This document shows, one piece after another, positions 18,373-27,478 of a stretch of 64,000 nt of DNA. A model generated the notes under the pieces. It searched no databases. It saw nothing but the letters and a program-made list of their open reading frames with translations, and was not told the DNA's origin. This DNA is from Candidatus Woesearchaeota archaeon. Its GTDB lineage: Archaea > Nanobdellota > Nanobdellia > Woesearchaeales > JABIAG01. The stretch is from assembly GCA_018653365.1 (NCBI GenBank), contig JABIAG010000001.1:68772-132771 (forward strand). Direction: 5' to 3'. The translations under genes and the position numbers were made by a program. The stretch's first letter is position 1; each line of letters starts with the position of its first letter.

Positions 18373-18571
18373 AAACATTTATATAACATAAATCTTTGAT
18401 TTATGAATATAAATGTCCGAAAAATGGGATTAAGTTATTGCACATTTATATAATAAACTTAGTTATTTAGGAGCATAGATATTCAAAAAATAAAAATGGT
18501 TTTTCGATACATTTATATAGGAGAAAGGGGATAGAAAACATAATACCTAAAAAAAACTCGAGGTGTCAAGC
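18373..18571 (+). promoter_or_regulatory. Intergenic region with three copies of a 'CATTTATATA' TATA-box-like element upstream of the twin small pilin genes
   Basis: 'aaaCATTTATATAacat' (about 18375), 'caCATTTATATAataa' (about 18441), 'taCATTTATATAggag' (about 18509). 'AGGTG' lies before the ATG at 18572. Confidence 0.4.
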
Positions 18572-18838
18572 ATGGAAAAAGGTCAAGGTTTATCAATAAC
18601 AACAATTGTTGTAGCGGCAATAGCATTATTAATTCTAGTTGTATTGGTTGCAGTATTCACAGGACAATTCGGAGGATTTACACTCGGAGTTCAAGATTGT
18701 AACGCTAAAAGTGGAGCATGTTACGATTCCTGTCCAACAGGAACTGCAGTATTACAAGGAAGAACATCATGTAGCAAACTACCTTCTGTAGATGGTGAAG
18801 GAAAACAAGTTTGTTGTATAAGCCCAGAAGGGATATAA
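18572..18838 (+). CDS. Small pilin-like protein (about 88 aa), candidate major pilin. The track ORF begins at a GTG at 18563
   Basis: 'MEKGQG/LSITTIVVAAIALLILVVLVAVFTGQFGGF' followed by a short 4-Cys domain. It sits after an intergenic region with three TATA-like boxes and has a paralog immediately downstream. Confidence 0.6.
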   Translation: MEKGQGLSITTIVVAAIALLILVVLVAVFTGQFGGFTLGVQDCNAKSGACYDSCPTGTAVLQGRTSCSKLPSVDGEGKQVCCISPEGI

Positions 18839-18845
18839 ATATAAA

Positions 18846-19127
18846 ATGAATAAAAACGGAGTAGCAATTGGAGTAACAACAATAGTAATTGTTGTAATTG
18901 CACTCTTAGTTCTAGTTGTGGTAATGGCCGCATTCTCAGGACAATTCGGCGGATTCGGACAAGCTGTAAGAGACTGTCCAAGCAAAGGGGGAGAATGTAA
19001 ATCTGGTTGTCTTCCAGAAGAAACACGATACTTTGGGGTGGGGATTTGTAAAGATGCAGGAAATGATCCCGGTGATGATGGTGCAGCCAAAGATAAATGC
19101 TGTATAGATATAGCAAAAGTTGATTAA
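18846..19127 (+). CDS. Small pilin-like protein (93 aa), paralog of the 18572 gene
   Basis: 'MNKNG/VAIGVTTIVIVVIALLVLVVVMAAFSGQFGGFG' shares the '...[FS]GQFGGF' core and a 4-Cys C-terminal domain with the preceding gene. Confidence 0.6.
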   Translation: MNKNGVAIGVTTIVIVVIALLVLVVVMAAFSGQFGGFGQAVRDCPSKGGECKSGCLPEETRYFGVGICKDAGNDPGDDGAAKDKCCIDIAKVD

Positions 19128-19202
19128 AAATTATTTTTTCTTTTTAACTTTATTCTCTAAGCAGATAGAAATATTTAAATAGGGTTAAGAGAATAAAAAG
19201 GT

Positions 19203-20144
19203 ATGAAAAAGAAAGGGGCAATAGGTGCAGCATTAGTCTTAGTTGGTGTGATGATTGTGGTTATAATTGTGCTGGTGGTTGTTGGACCTTCTTTAATAAA
19301 GCAATTTAGAGGATTAGACGGTTATTTAAGAGGTATAGAAACCACAAACAAATTCTGTGATCAAATCGCTAAAGAAGTAACATTGAAAGATGTATCATTA
19401 CGAGATGGTGATCAAAAATATACTGGACAAACAGTACCAAAACCCGGAGCGTGTGAAGTATTAGCACGGGAAAAAGGAGAATTTCGAAAAGGTAGAGACG
19501 GAAAAGGACAACAAGAATTCAGATGGACCTTCTCAAAAGAATCTAATCCTGAATATGGAAATGAGTTCTGTTGCTTATTCATAGTTAATGTAGGTGAAAA
19601 TGGAGAAGACCTACCTCCTACAAGAACAGGTACTTCTGGAAGCAATACTGGTTCTGATGATGCAACTGGCGCTTCAGATGGGGTAATAATTACAACCAAT
19701 GCAGCTGGAGATACAATAAAAACATATCCTGATGGAACTGTTGAAACTATTTATAAAACTCCCATAGATTTGATAGATCTAAACGATTTACCTCAAGAAG
19801 CAGAGGTTCCTGCACAATGTAAAAATTATAATAAAGACGTAAATGAAATCAATATAGATTGTGGCGGACCTTGTGCTGTTTGTGAATGTGTTTTTGAGAC
19901 TAATCGTTTTGTCTATTATGAACAACCCGATTCGATTTTTTATTTTGCATTTTTTGATTTGAGTTGGAAATTTACCCAATCAGGGGATGGAACCCCCTCT
20001 GACGTTGGAAATTTAGCTCTTGGAACGTATTCAAATGAACTCAAGGAACTAGGACGAGAATTAAGAACAAAAAATGAAACTGAAGGGCGTCAATATCTTG
20101 AAAACACTTTTTGCATATTTAAAACGATTACTAAAACATCTTAA
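19203..20144 (+). CDS. Class III signal peptide (pilin-like) protein, 313 aa, with a 'DCGGPC..C' Cys module
   Basis: 'MKKKG/AIGAALVLVGVMIVVIIVLVVV'. The extracellular domain contains 'CKNYNKDVNEINIDCGGPCAVCEC' (nt about 19808-19888). Confidence 0.6.
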   Translation: MKKKGAIGAALVLVGVMIVVIIVLVVVGPSLIKQFRGLDGYLRGIETTNKFCDQIAKEVTLKDVSLRDGDQKYTGQTVPKPGACEVLAREKGEFRKGRDGKGQQEFRWTFSKESNPEYGNEFCCLFIVNVGENGEDLPPTRTGTSGSNTGSDDATGASDGVIITTNAAGDTIKTYPDGTVETIYKTPIDLIDLNDLPQEAEVPAQCKNYNKDVNEINIDCGGPCAVCECVFETNRFVYYEQPDSIFYFAFFDLSWKFTQSGDGTPSDVGNLALGTYSNELKELGRELRTKNETEGRQYLENTFCIFKTITKTS

Positions 20145-20146
20145 AA

Positions 20147-20710
20147 ATGAAACAGAATAAACTAATAAACCAAAAAGGAGTACTGGGAGAGGGAGGAGTA
20201 AGATTAATGGTAATAATCGTACTTGTTCTTTTAATGGCAGCAGTAGTTGGGTGGTGGGCAATAACCTCAACAAGCGAATCAGGAACAAGACTAACAGAAT
20301 TAGGAGAGTGTGAAAGAGGTTTTGAAGGAATGTATGGAATGTGCTCACAAGTGCAATGCGAAGCAACAGGGGGGGATTCAGTAGTTTCAAGTATGTTAAA
20401 AACATGTCCATCAACAAGAGTAAGATTAGCATTTCAATTACAAGGAATACAAAAACAAGAAGTTAACAAATACAAATATTGTTGTATAGTAGATCATTGT
20501 TCAGATATAACCGATCACGGAGTACCCAGAGTTCAGGGCTGTTTTTACGGTGAAGAAGATCAAGACTATTCGCTTTGTGCAACAGACAAAGGACATAAAA
20601 CAGGTTATACTGAAGATCTCTGTTTAGGTTATGCAAAAGATTGCTTGCCTGAAGACGGATGTTGTTGTGTAATTCCTGAATCAAAAAACGCATTAAGAAA
20701 AAATAAATAA
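20147..20710 (+). CDS. Class III signal peptide (pilin-like) protein, 187 aa, very Cys-rich (about 17 Cys)
   Basis: 'MKQNKLINQKG/VLGEGGVRLMVIIVLVLLMAAVVGWWAI', with 'CCIVDHC' and 'DGCCCVIPE' motifs. Confidence 0.55.
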   Translation: MKQNKLINQKGVLGEGGVRLMVIIVLVLLMAAVVGWWAITSTSESGTRLTELGECERGFEGMYGMCSQVQCEATGGDSVVSSMLKTCPSTRVRLAFQLQGIQKQEVNKYKYCCIVDHCSDITDHGVPRVQGCFYGEEDQDYSLCATDKGHKTGYTEDLCLGYAKDCLPEDGCCCVIPESKNALRKNK

Positions 20711-20715
20711 TAAAA

Positions 20716-23268
20716 ATGAAAAAAAGAGGGTTCTTAAGTCATGTAACTAATCTAATTCTCGCAGCAATAGTCATATTAGTAATAATTGTAATTGTAGCTA
20801 AATTCATGCAAGGACTCGGCGGAAACGAATTTCATCCCGGAAGTGAAATGACCCTGGAACGAGTAAAAGAACAAATTGACATTCTCATGGATTCTGAAGA
20901 AGCTTTTGCAGAAACCACTCTCAGATTTAGCATACACGAAGATTATTTATTTATGGCAGGAGACAAATCATCAATTAAGGGCATGCCGTTAATCCAGGCA
21001 ATGCTAGAAAACATTCCTAATCAGTATGCAGCATATAATCACGCAGAACCAAAATGCAAGGACCGATCTTGTGTTTGTATATTAAATCAAGATAACAAAC
21101 CATTATGCAAAAGTTTTCTTAATGAAATAACTTTTGTTGGAGAGGAAGGAAAAAATCCGCGTAGTCCACCATACCTGGGCTCACAAATTAGAGGCAGTCC
21201 GAATGGAAATGTAGCTCTTGCCAAATTTAACTTAACCACACTTTATGTTGCAAAAATAGTAATTGATGATGACAGATCTGGAAAACAAACATTTGTTTAC
21301 ATCACTCCCATAATGAGATCTGGAACCTGGGGACTGACCATAGAACAAATCAGGGCAAAAATGGCCACGTTTAAAGAAAAAATAGCAGCTGCAGCCTACG
21401 AAAAAAACTACGAACTTGTTTCATGCAGTACTGGCGCAAACGGATTTTATAGATCAACAGATGAAGAATGTTCACGATTATATCTGTCAGAAAATCATCA
21501 ACAACCCTTTTATCCCTCGCCATCATCACAAATAATAAGTTTAGGAAAACTAAAAGATTTCTATGAAGCAGAAGATAGGCTGTCCAAACCATATTGCTGT
21601 CAGGTAATAAATGCAGATACTGAATGTACTTCTCAAGCATTACAAGGTTATGCAACCTGTTCAGACACCCTAAGTTGTAGCAGCATAAAATACACTAATC
21701 CCCATAATGGCAAAGAATTCCCCTCAATTTCAATAGGTTCAAGAGGGTGCGATTTTACTTGCTGTTACGCATACGGAGCAAAACCTCGAATATTAGAATT
21801 TAACTCAGCAGTATATTGTGAAGATGAAATTAAAAACTATGAAGAAACTGATGTTGACTGTGGCGGAACAAAATGTGAAAAATGCGAATTAAACAAACGA
21901 TGTGAAGAAAATACCGATTGTGCTGAAAATTTAGTCTGTGAAGAAAAAAGAGATTACGAATTAGATGGGCGCGGGAGAAGATTAACCATTCCCGGCGGGT
22001 TCGTTTTTGAATGTAAAGGAGAAGAAAATCAATCATGTACTAATATTGCTGATTGTAAATTCGGATTAAAATGTAAAGATGAAAAATGTGTACTAAAAGA
22101 AGAGGGAGACCTATGCGAAGCACCAGAACATTGCGGAGAGGGATTAATCTGTGAAATGCGAAAGTGTGTAGATCTAGAAAAAAGAGAGGAAGAAGCTAGA
22201 TATAAACTATATGAAATCCAAATTCAGAAAGATTTTAACACATTTACTGCGGCTCCAATATATGCACCAGTAATTCTTCCTCAGGGTGAACAATTACCTA
22301 GTAATTATCGAGCACTAGGAATAGATTATTTTGAGCCAACAAAACCGTTTAGTTCAATACTCGATGGTGAATTAGTTTATCAAGATGGAACAATATGTGA
22401 AAAAGAGGGGTTATGTTTAAATGAGCTAACTTCTTGTGGTGAGGGATGTGAAGAATCAGAGTATTGTTGTTCATTTTTTGATAAGTGTATGAATTCAGAA
22501 AGTATAATTGATACATCACTCTATTATCAGTTTGAAGCGCCATTTTTAGATCCAGTTTATGTCAAGTTAGAAAATACGTGTTTACCAAAAGGGTACACTC
22601 CAGTGTTAATTTCAAGAGCGCCCTTTTTTTCTGTAAAAGAATATTCTGAAATAACTGATGCAGAATTTTTATTTAATGAAGATGAAATAAGAACCAAAGA
22701 AAGTTTAGAACTGGGAGAGGGAGGAAAATTATACTACTTTTTTAAAAAATCTAAAGATGGAAATGAATATGCCCCAATATATGTTGACGCAACTAAAATT
22801 GCAAATTTACACTATACCTTGGAACAAATAAAATATGGTAGTCAGGCATTATCAATATATTATAAAGATATTAAAGATGGAGAATTCATTTTTGAACCTA
22901 ATCAGGGAGCATGTCCAAAAGGGTATGGTTGTCATGATATTATGGAATATAACTGTAAATCTGAATTAACTTGTGAAGGAGACGAATGTTGTTCAACAGA
23001 TAGTTATTGTTGTGAATTTTCAGGAGAGTGCATTCCAAAAACAGCCTTTCAAAGTACTGATGAGTTTTATAGTTATGCCGGGCCATCAGAAGGATTCTTT
23101 TCAAAAATTGGAGAAAGATGCATTCCTCCCTTATCTTTAAAAACAAAAAGTTCAGAACCCTACTTCATAAAAAAAGATTATTCACAAATCTTAGGTTCAG
23201 AATTTGTTTTTTATCAAGGGGATGATTCAATACAAAAAGCTACAATTGAGGAACAACAAAGTGAATAA
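20716..23268 (+). CDS. Large class III signal peptide protein (850 aa) with EGF-like or Cys-knot-like repeats, including a 'DCGGTKCEKC' module
   Basis: 'MKKRG/FLSHVTNLILAAIVILVIIVIVAKF'. The region about 21810-22160 encodes 'VDCGGTKCEKCELNKRCEENTDCAENLVCEE...CKFGLKCKDEKC...CGEGLICEMRKC'. There are many CxxC/CC motifs. Confidence 0.6.
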   Translation: MKKRGFLSHVTNLILAAIVILVIIVIVAKFMQGLGGNEFHPGSEMTLERVKEQIDILMDSEEAFAETTLRFSIHEDYLFMAGDKSSIKGMPLIQAMLENIPNQYAAYNHAEPKCKDRSCVCILNQDNKPLCKSFLNEITFVGEEGKNPRSPPYLGSQIRGSPNGNVALAKFNLTTLYVAKIVIDDDRSGKQTFVYITPIMRSGTWGLTIEQIRAKMATFKEKIAAAAYEKNYELVSCSTGANGFYRSTDEECSRLYLSENHQQPFYPSPSSQIISLGKLKDFYEAEDRLSKPYCCQVINADTECTSQALQGYATCSDTLSCSSIKYTNPHNGKEFPSISIGSRGCDFTCCYAYGAKPRILEFNSAVYCEDEIKNYEETDVDCGGTKCEKCELNKRCEENTDCAENLVCEEKRDYELDGRGRRLTIPGGFVFECKGEENQSCTNIADCKFGLKCKDEKCVLKEEGDLCEAPEHCGEGLICEMRKCVDLEKREEEARYKLYEIQIQKDFNTFTAAPIYAPVILPQGEQLPSNYRALGIDYFEPTKPFSSILDGELVYQDGTICEKEGLCLNELTSCGEGCEESEYCCSFFDKCMNSESIIDTSLYYQFEAPFLDPVYVKLENTCLPKGYTPVLISRAPFFSVKEYSEITDAEFLFNEDEIRTKESLELGEGGKLYYFFKKSKDGNEYAPIYVDATKIANLHYTLEQIKYGSQALSIYYKDIKDGEFIFEPNQGACPKGYGCHDIMEYNCKSELTCEGDECCSTDSYCCEFSGECIPKTAFQSTDEFYSYAGPSEGFFSKIGERCIPPLSLKTKSSEPYFIKKDYSQILGSEFVFYQGDDSIQKATIEEQQSE

Positions 23269-24259
23269 AAAAGGAACTAGCGATGTATTTTTAGTAATAT
23301 TACAAATGCTAATTGTGGGACTAGTACTAGCATTTATGATAGCAAAAGTTGGAGCAGTAGATATAAGTTTTCTCAAACGTACAATTGTAGTGCAAAACTT
23401 AGGGATGGTAATGTCCGCAATCTCATTTCTACCTGGAAGTTTTAGTTATGCCTACCTAACAGAATATGACGAAAAAATGGCAGACTGGTTAAAATTTCCA
23501 GCAAAAATAAATGATAAAGATATTTTTTATGATGAAAAAGCTGAAAATGTAAATTCAGGAAATGTAAAATATCAATTATTTATGAATGACATTCAATACG
23601 ACCAATTAAACAGACTGGTGATGCTCAAGAAAAAAGCAATATTCATAGAAAAAGCAAATAAATTCATTACTTCAGATAAAGTAAACGAAGATCTCAGAAA
23701 GTTAGTTTGTGAAAAAGTAACTTATGATTTGAAAGTTAAATCACTAAATGGAGGAGATGAAACTAAGTTCTACACTGCAGAAGGCGAAGAAGTTACAAAC
23801 GTAAATGAAAATTACGTCAATATGGAAAAACAATACTTCCAGGAACAAAATCGCGTTTATCCGGGAAATAGGGGTTTAAAAAATGAAGACCAAGACGAGG
23901 CAACAATAACACAAAAACTAGCTGAACTAATTAATCCAGTAACTGATGTATTAATACAACCCGAAACACTTAGCGAAAAACATATCTTGTTAACTGTGGG
24001 GGAATATGAATCCACTAAAAATTTCATGATCATTTACGCACCAATAACAACCTTTGAAGACGATTATAAAATTGGATGCAACATACTAAATAATGTTTTA
24101 GACACAGAATTAAAAGATCAAATAGACGGAATAGCAATAATTCCCAGTTTAGGAAACCACATTATATTTGAAGTTGGAAACATGGCAAAACCAAACAACC
24201 CCCTTCTAATAAGTGAAGACAATCTAATGTTAATTGCAGAGGGAATAAAAAATGAGTGA
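23222..24259 (+). CDS. Class III signal peptide (pilin-like) protein, about 346 aa. The start is uncertain: 23204, 23222 and the GTG at 23261 are all in frame
   Basis: '...NKVNKKG/TSDVFLVILQMLIVGLVLAFMIA'. The NKKG leader is conserved with paralogs, and the GTG at 23261 would give 'VNKKG'. Confidence 0.5.
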   Translation: MIQYKKLQLRNNKVNKKGTSDVFLVILQMLIVGLVLAFMIAKVGAVDISFLKRTIVVQNLGMVMSAISFLPGSFSYAYLTEYDEKMADWLKFPAKINDKDIFYDEKAENVNSGNVKYQLFMNDIQYDQLNRLVMLKKKAIFIEKANKFITSDKVNEDLRKLVCEKVTYDLKVKSLNGGDETKFYTAEGEEVTNVNENYVNMEKQYFQEQNRVYPGNRGLKNEDQDEATITQKLAELINPVTDVLIQPETLSEKHILLTVGEYESTKNFMIIYAPITTFEDDYKIGCNILNNVLDTELKDQIDGIAIIPSLGNHIIFEVGNMAKPNNPLLISEDNLMLIAEGIKNE

Positions 24260-24770
24260 TGACGCACTACTTTACGATCAAACAATGTATATCATAAAAA
24301 TGATTTTTCTAGCAGCAACAGTAATCACAATAGTAGTCTTAACCTATGTTTTTTCATTTCAAACAATAAAAACAGACGTATTAGAGATACAAACATTAAT
24401 CGAAGAAACATATTCGTCCCCCCAAGTATTTGCATATCAAGACACATTAACAAAAAGAGCATATCCGGGCATTATTGATCTAGAAAAGTTCAAAACATTA
24501 AACCTCAATGAGATAATACAAACAAATAGAAATGACATCATAATGAAAGTACGCTTACTCGATGATGCTTCTGAAGAAGTAACCATAAAATACTTCATTC
24601 CTACTAAAGAGCCAACAGCCGAAGTTTTTCAAATAGCAGAGACACTAATTAAATACCCAGAAAGAACAACAACATTAACAGATTATCCTTTATTAAAACC
24701 TGTAACAATACTGAAAGATGGAGAAATGAAAAGAGGAACGCTAGAGTTTTATGCTATCAAACAAAAATGA
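24252..24770 (+). CDS. Membrane-anchored protein (172 aa) in the pilin-like operon. No KG leader
   Basis: 'MSDDALLYDQTMYIIKMIFLAATVITIVVLTYVFSF' has an N-terminal TM helix. It overlaps its neighbours by 8 and 4 nt. Confidence 0.4.
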   Translation: MSDDALLYDQTMYIIKMIFLAATVITIVVLTYVFSFQTIKTDVLEIQTLIEETYSSPQVFAYQDTLTKRAYPGIIDLEKFKTLNLNEIIQTNRNDIIMKVRLLDDASEEVTIKYFIPTKEPTAEVFQIAETLIKYPERTTTLTDYPLLKPVTILKDGEMKRGTLEFYAIKQK

Positions 24771-25408
24771 GAATGAATAAACGAGGAGGGGGACCCTCAG
24801 ATACAATAGTGTCTGTGTGGAGCGGGATATTTTGGGTATTTGTAATTCTTATATTTGTATTGTTATTCAATTTAAGATCTTGCGTGTCAGGACACGAAGC
24901 AGGAGAACAAGCAATAGAAGGACAATTAAGCGAGATGGTAGATCAACATGACATCATGTTAACATATTTAACAACATCATTAGATTATTGTGACAGTTTA
25001 GATGCAAAAACTAAAACATTAACACACGCAGAACTGATAACGTTTTTTATGAAAGGTGTTCCTAAATCTATTACTGAAAGGCAAGTAGAAAAAAATGATT
25101 ATGAAAAAAGATTTGAAAATAAGGAGTACGCAAGATACCTCAAAATTTGGTATGACTGCAACAAGCAATATTTTGGACCTGAAAAAACACTAAAAATCTT
25201 AGTAAACAATTATTACAAGTACCCTAATAGTTTTAAAACAAAACTGCCCTTTGAAAATAAATTAATTAATTTAGAACTAGTGTTTGATAAAGGGTCAAAA
25301 TTAGTTTTTGTCTTAAGTGAAGAAGAATTACAAAAAATACTTGATCAAGAAGACGCCGCAGAAGAAGAATCAACACTTGATTGGGCAGTTATGCACGGAG
25401 CACCTTAA
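24767..25408 (+). CDS. Class III signal peptide (pilin-like) protein, 213 aa
   Basis: 'MRMNKRG/GGPSDTIVSVWSGIFWVFVILIFVLLF'. Confidence 0.55.
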   Translation: MRMNKRGGGPSDTIVSVWSGIFWVFVILIFVLLFNLRSCVSGHEAGEQAIEGQLSEMVDQHDIMLTYLTTSLDYCDSLDAKTKTLTHAELITFFMKGVPKSITERQVEKNDYEKRFENKEYARYLKIWYDCNKQYFGPEKTLKILVNNYYKYPNSFKTKLPFENKLINLELVFDKGSKLVFVLSEEELQKILDQEDAAEEESTLDWAVMHGAP

Positions 25409-25416
25409 ACATTAAA

Positions 25417-27444
25417 ATGAAAAGATTAAACAAAAAAGGACTTGAAATCGCAGACCCAATGTTCGTAATAATCACAATAATCGCCTTAACAATAGTTTAT
25501 ATGAATGTTGGATCATCATTACCAGAAACAAAAATTGGGTCCAAACAAACAGATATCTTTGCAACAGTACAGGCAGCTCAAAACGAAATGTTCTTTTTAG
25601 ACCTGGGAGCAAAGTATGCAGGTATAAACTCAATTTATTCTCTTGCTTTAAAGGGAGGAATTCATGAAACAAACTTATGTGGAAATTATTATGGGAAAAA
25701 TCTTTGGAACTACAAAAATCCTGAAGACGAATACGCAAGTTGTTTACCTAATATCAAAACTGAATTAAAAAACGAGTTTGAAAAAACTTACAACTCTTTT
25801 CTAGCTAAAAATGGTGAAAATATAAATTATAAATATTTTCTAACTGCAACGCCCACATTAGAAATAAGAGGAATCTCTTTAGTAAACAAAGAAAAAAGTA
25901 TTGAACCTGAAAGAAAATATTCGTACAAACCAACCACAACACAAAAGTATAATTACAACTTTGAAGCATACAATAAAATTAACGAATTTATCACAGTATT
26001 AAATGAGAATTGCAACGAAAAAGAAAACATACAAGGTGGCAGCGAACTTACACTTTGTGTGGTAGATACATTATCAACATTTAATGAAGAACTAGACGAT
26101 TTCATCGAGATTAAAGCAGTTTATCCAACCGATTCTGATTTAGATTTAAACTTTCAACAATATCTCAAAGAATTAGAAAGAACCGGTTATGAAGAGTGTT
26201 ATTTTGATTTTCCCAAACTTAGCGAAGAATTTCCAATAACATACAAAATAGAAAGTTTTGTCGAAGAAAAAAGTTATTCAGAAATAAGTTTGTTATATAA
26301 TGAAAACAAGGTCCGAACTTCTAATTCAAACCTGATTTTTTTTATGATGAAAGCCAACCGAGAAAATAAATTTGAAAAATATCCCGGGAAAGAACTAAGT
26401 TATGATACTTCAAAAACTGAACTAACGTACGATTTCGAGGGAGGAAAACGAACAGAACCCACAGGGCTAGACTTTTTTAAAATAGATAAAAATAAAGCAG
26501 GATTTATACCAAAAAAAGAAAAAACCGATTATCTAACTTATCTAAAAAATAGGCCATGCAGTTATGAAAACAGAATGTTCATATTCGAATTAAAAGAAAA
26601 AGAACTGTACCCTAAAAAGGGAGAAATAATTTACTCTTTTGCTACCTATGTTGAAGATAAAAAAGAACCCTTCATATCAGCAGTTAAAGTAGAATCAAAA
26701 GAATTTGACGAAGGCACACTACTAATACGCTGGAAACACACCAATTCATTAGATCTAATGAACTATTCAATATTTGTTGATGGAACATTAGTTAAAAAAG
26801 TAATCCCCTGGAAAGATACAAAAGTATATGATTCAATTAATTGGGAATATGGAGATGAAAAACCGTTTAATACCTGCAAATTAGATAATAATGATGCATT
26901 CAAAAAGTGCGTTTACAGTTTTGGCAACACCTTCCAAGATCTGAACACTTATTATTTTAAAGACAGTAAGGAATGGGTATATGTATTAAACGGATTAGAA
27001 GACAAAAAAACCTACGATATTGTGATAAAAGCAACAGATGATGATGGAAACACTTTTGAAACTGAACAAAAACCAGGAATAAGCAAAGATACCCTTCCTT
27101 TTGCACCAATCGAATTTCAACTAACTAATGATCCACTAAGAACACATCCACAAACACAAATATACACTGGTGTGGTTGGAGCGCCTCTATTTACTTTATT
27201 TAACATGGATGGCACTCTTGGACTTGAGAGTATGGAGTTTAAGTTCGTTCATTCTAGCATACCCCTACAAACGTTTAATAAGGATAATTTAGACACGTAT
27301 TACCTGTTCGGAGCATCAGTTCCCAGCTATCATTTAGGAGTTCCAACACATTATCTGATAGTTCAAAAAGATCCCTCCTTAGACAATTTAAACTTGTTTG
27401 TAGAAGAAATGGGATATAAAACACAAACCATCCCTGGAGAATAA
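25417..27444 (+). CDS. Large class III signal peptide protein (about 675 aa). The track ORF starts at 25381; the likely start is 'MKRLNKKG'
   Basis: 'MKRLNKKG/LEIADPMFVIITIIALTIVYMNV'. The extracellular domain is long and mixed. It is the last gene of the co-directional array. Confidence 0.55.
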   Translation: MKRLNKKGLEIADPMFVIITIIALTIVYMNVGSSLPETKIGSKQTDIFATVQAAQNEMFFLDLGAKYAGINSIYSLALKGGIHETNLCGNYYGKNLWNYKNPEDEYASCLPNIKTELKNEFEKTYNSFLAKNGENINYKYFLTATPTLEIRGISLVNKEKSIEPERKYSYKPTTTQKYNYNFEAYNKINEFITVLNENCNEKENIQGGSELTLCVVDTLSTFNEELDDFIEIKAVYPTDSDLDLNFQQYLKELERTGYEECYFDFPKLSEEFPITYKIESFVEEKSYSEISLLYNENKVRTSNSNLIFFMMKANRENKFEKYPGKELSYDTSKTELTYDFEGGKRTEPTGLDFFKIDKNKAGFIPKKEKTDYLTYLKNRPCSYENRMFIFELKEKELYPKKGEIIYSFATYVEDKKEPFISAVKVESKEFDEGTLLIRWKHTNSLDLMNYSIFVDGTLVKKVIPWKDTKVYDSINWEYGDEKPFNTCKLDNNDAFKKCVYSFGNTFQDLNTYYFKDSKEWVYVLNGLEDKKTYDIVIKATDDDGNTFETEQKPGISKDTLPFAPIEFQLTNDPLRTHPQTQIYTGVVGAPLFTLFNMDGTLGLESMEFKFVHSSIPLQTFNKDNLDTYYLFGASVPSYHLGVPTHYLIVQKDPSLDNLNLFVEEMGYKTQTIPGE

Positions 27445-27478
27445 TAAAGCTTTTAAATGAACTTTCTAAAAGTAAGAT

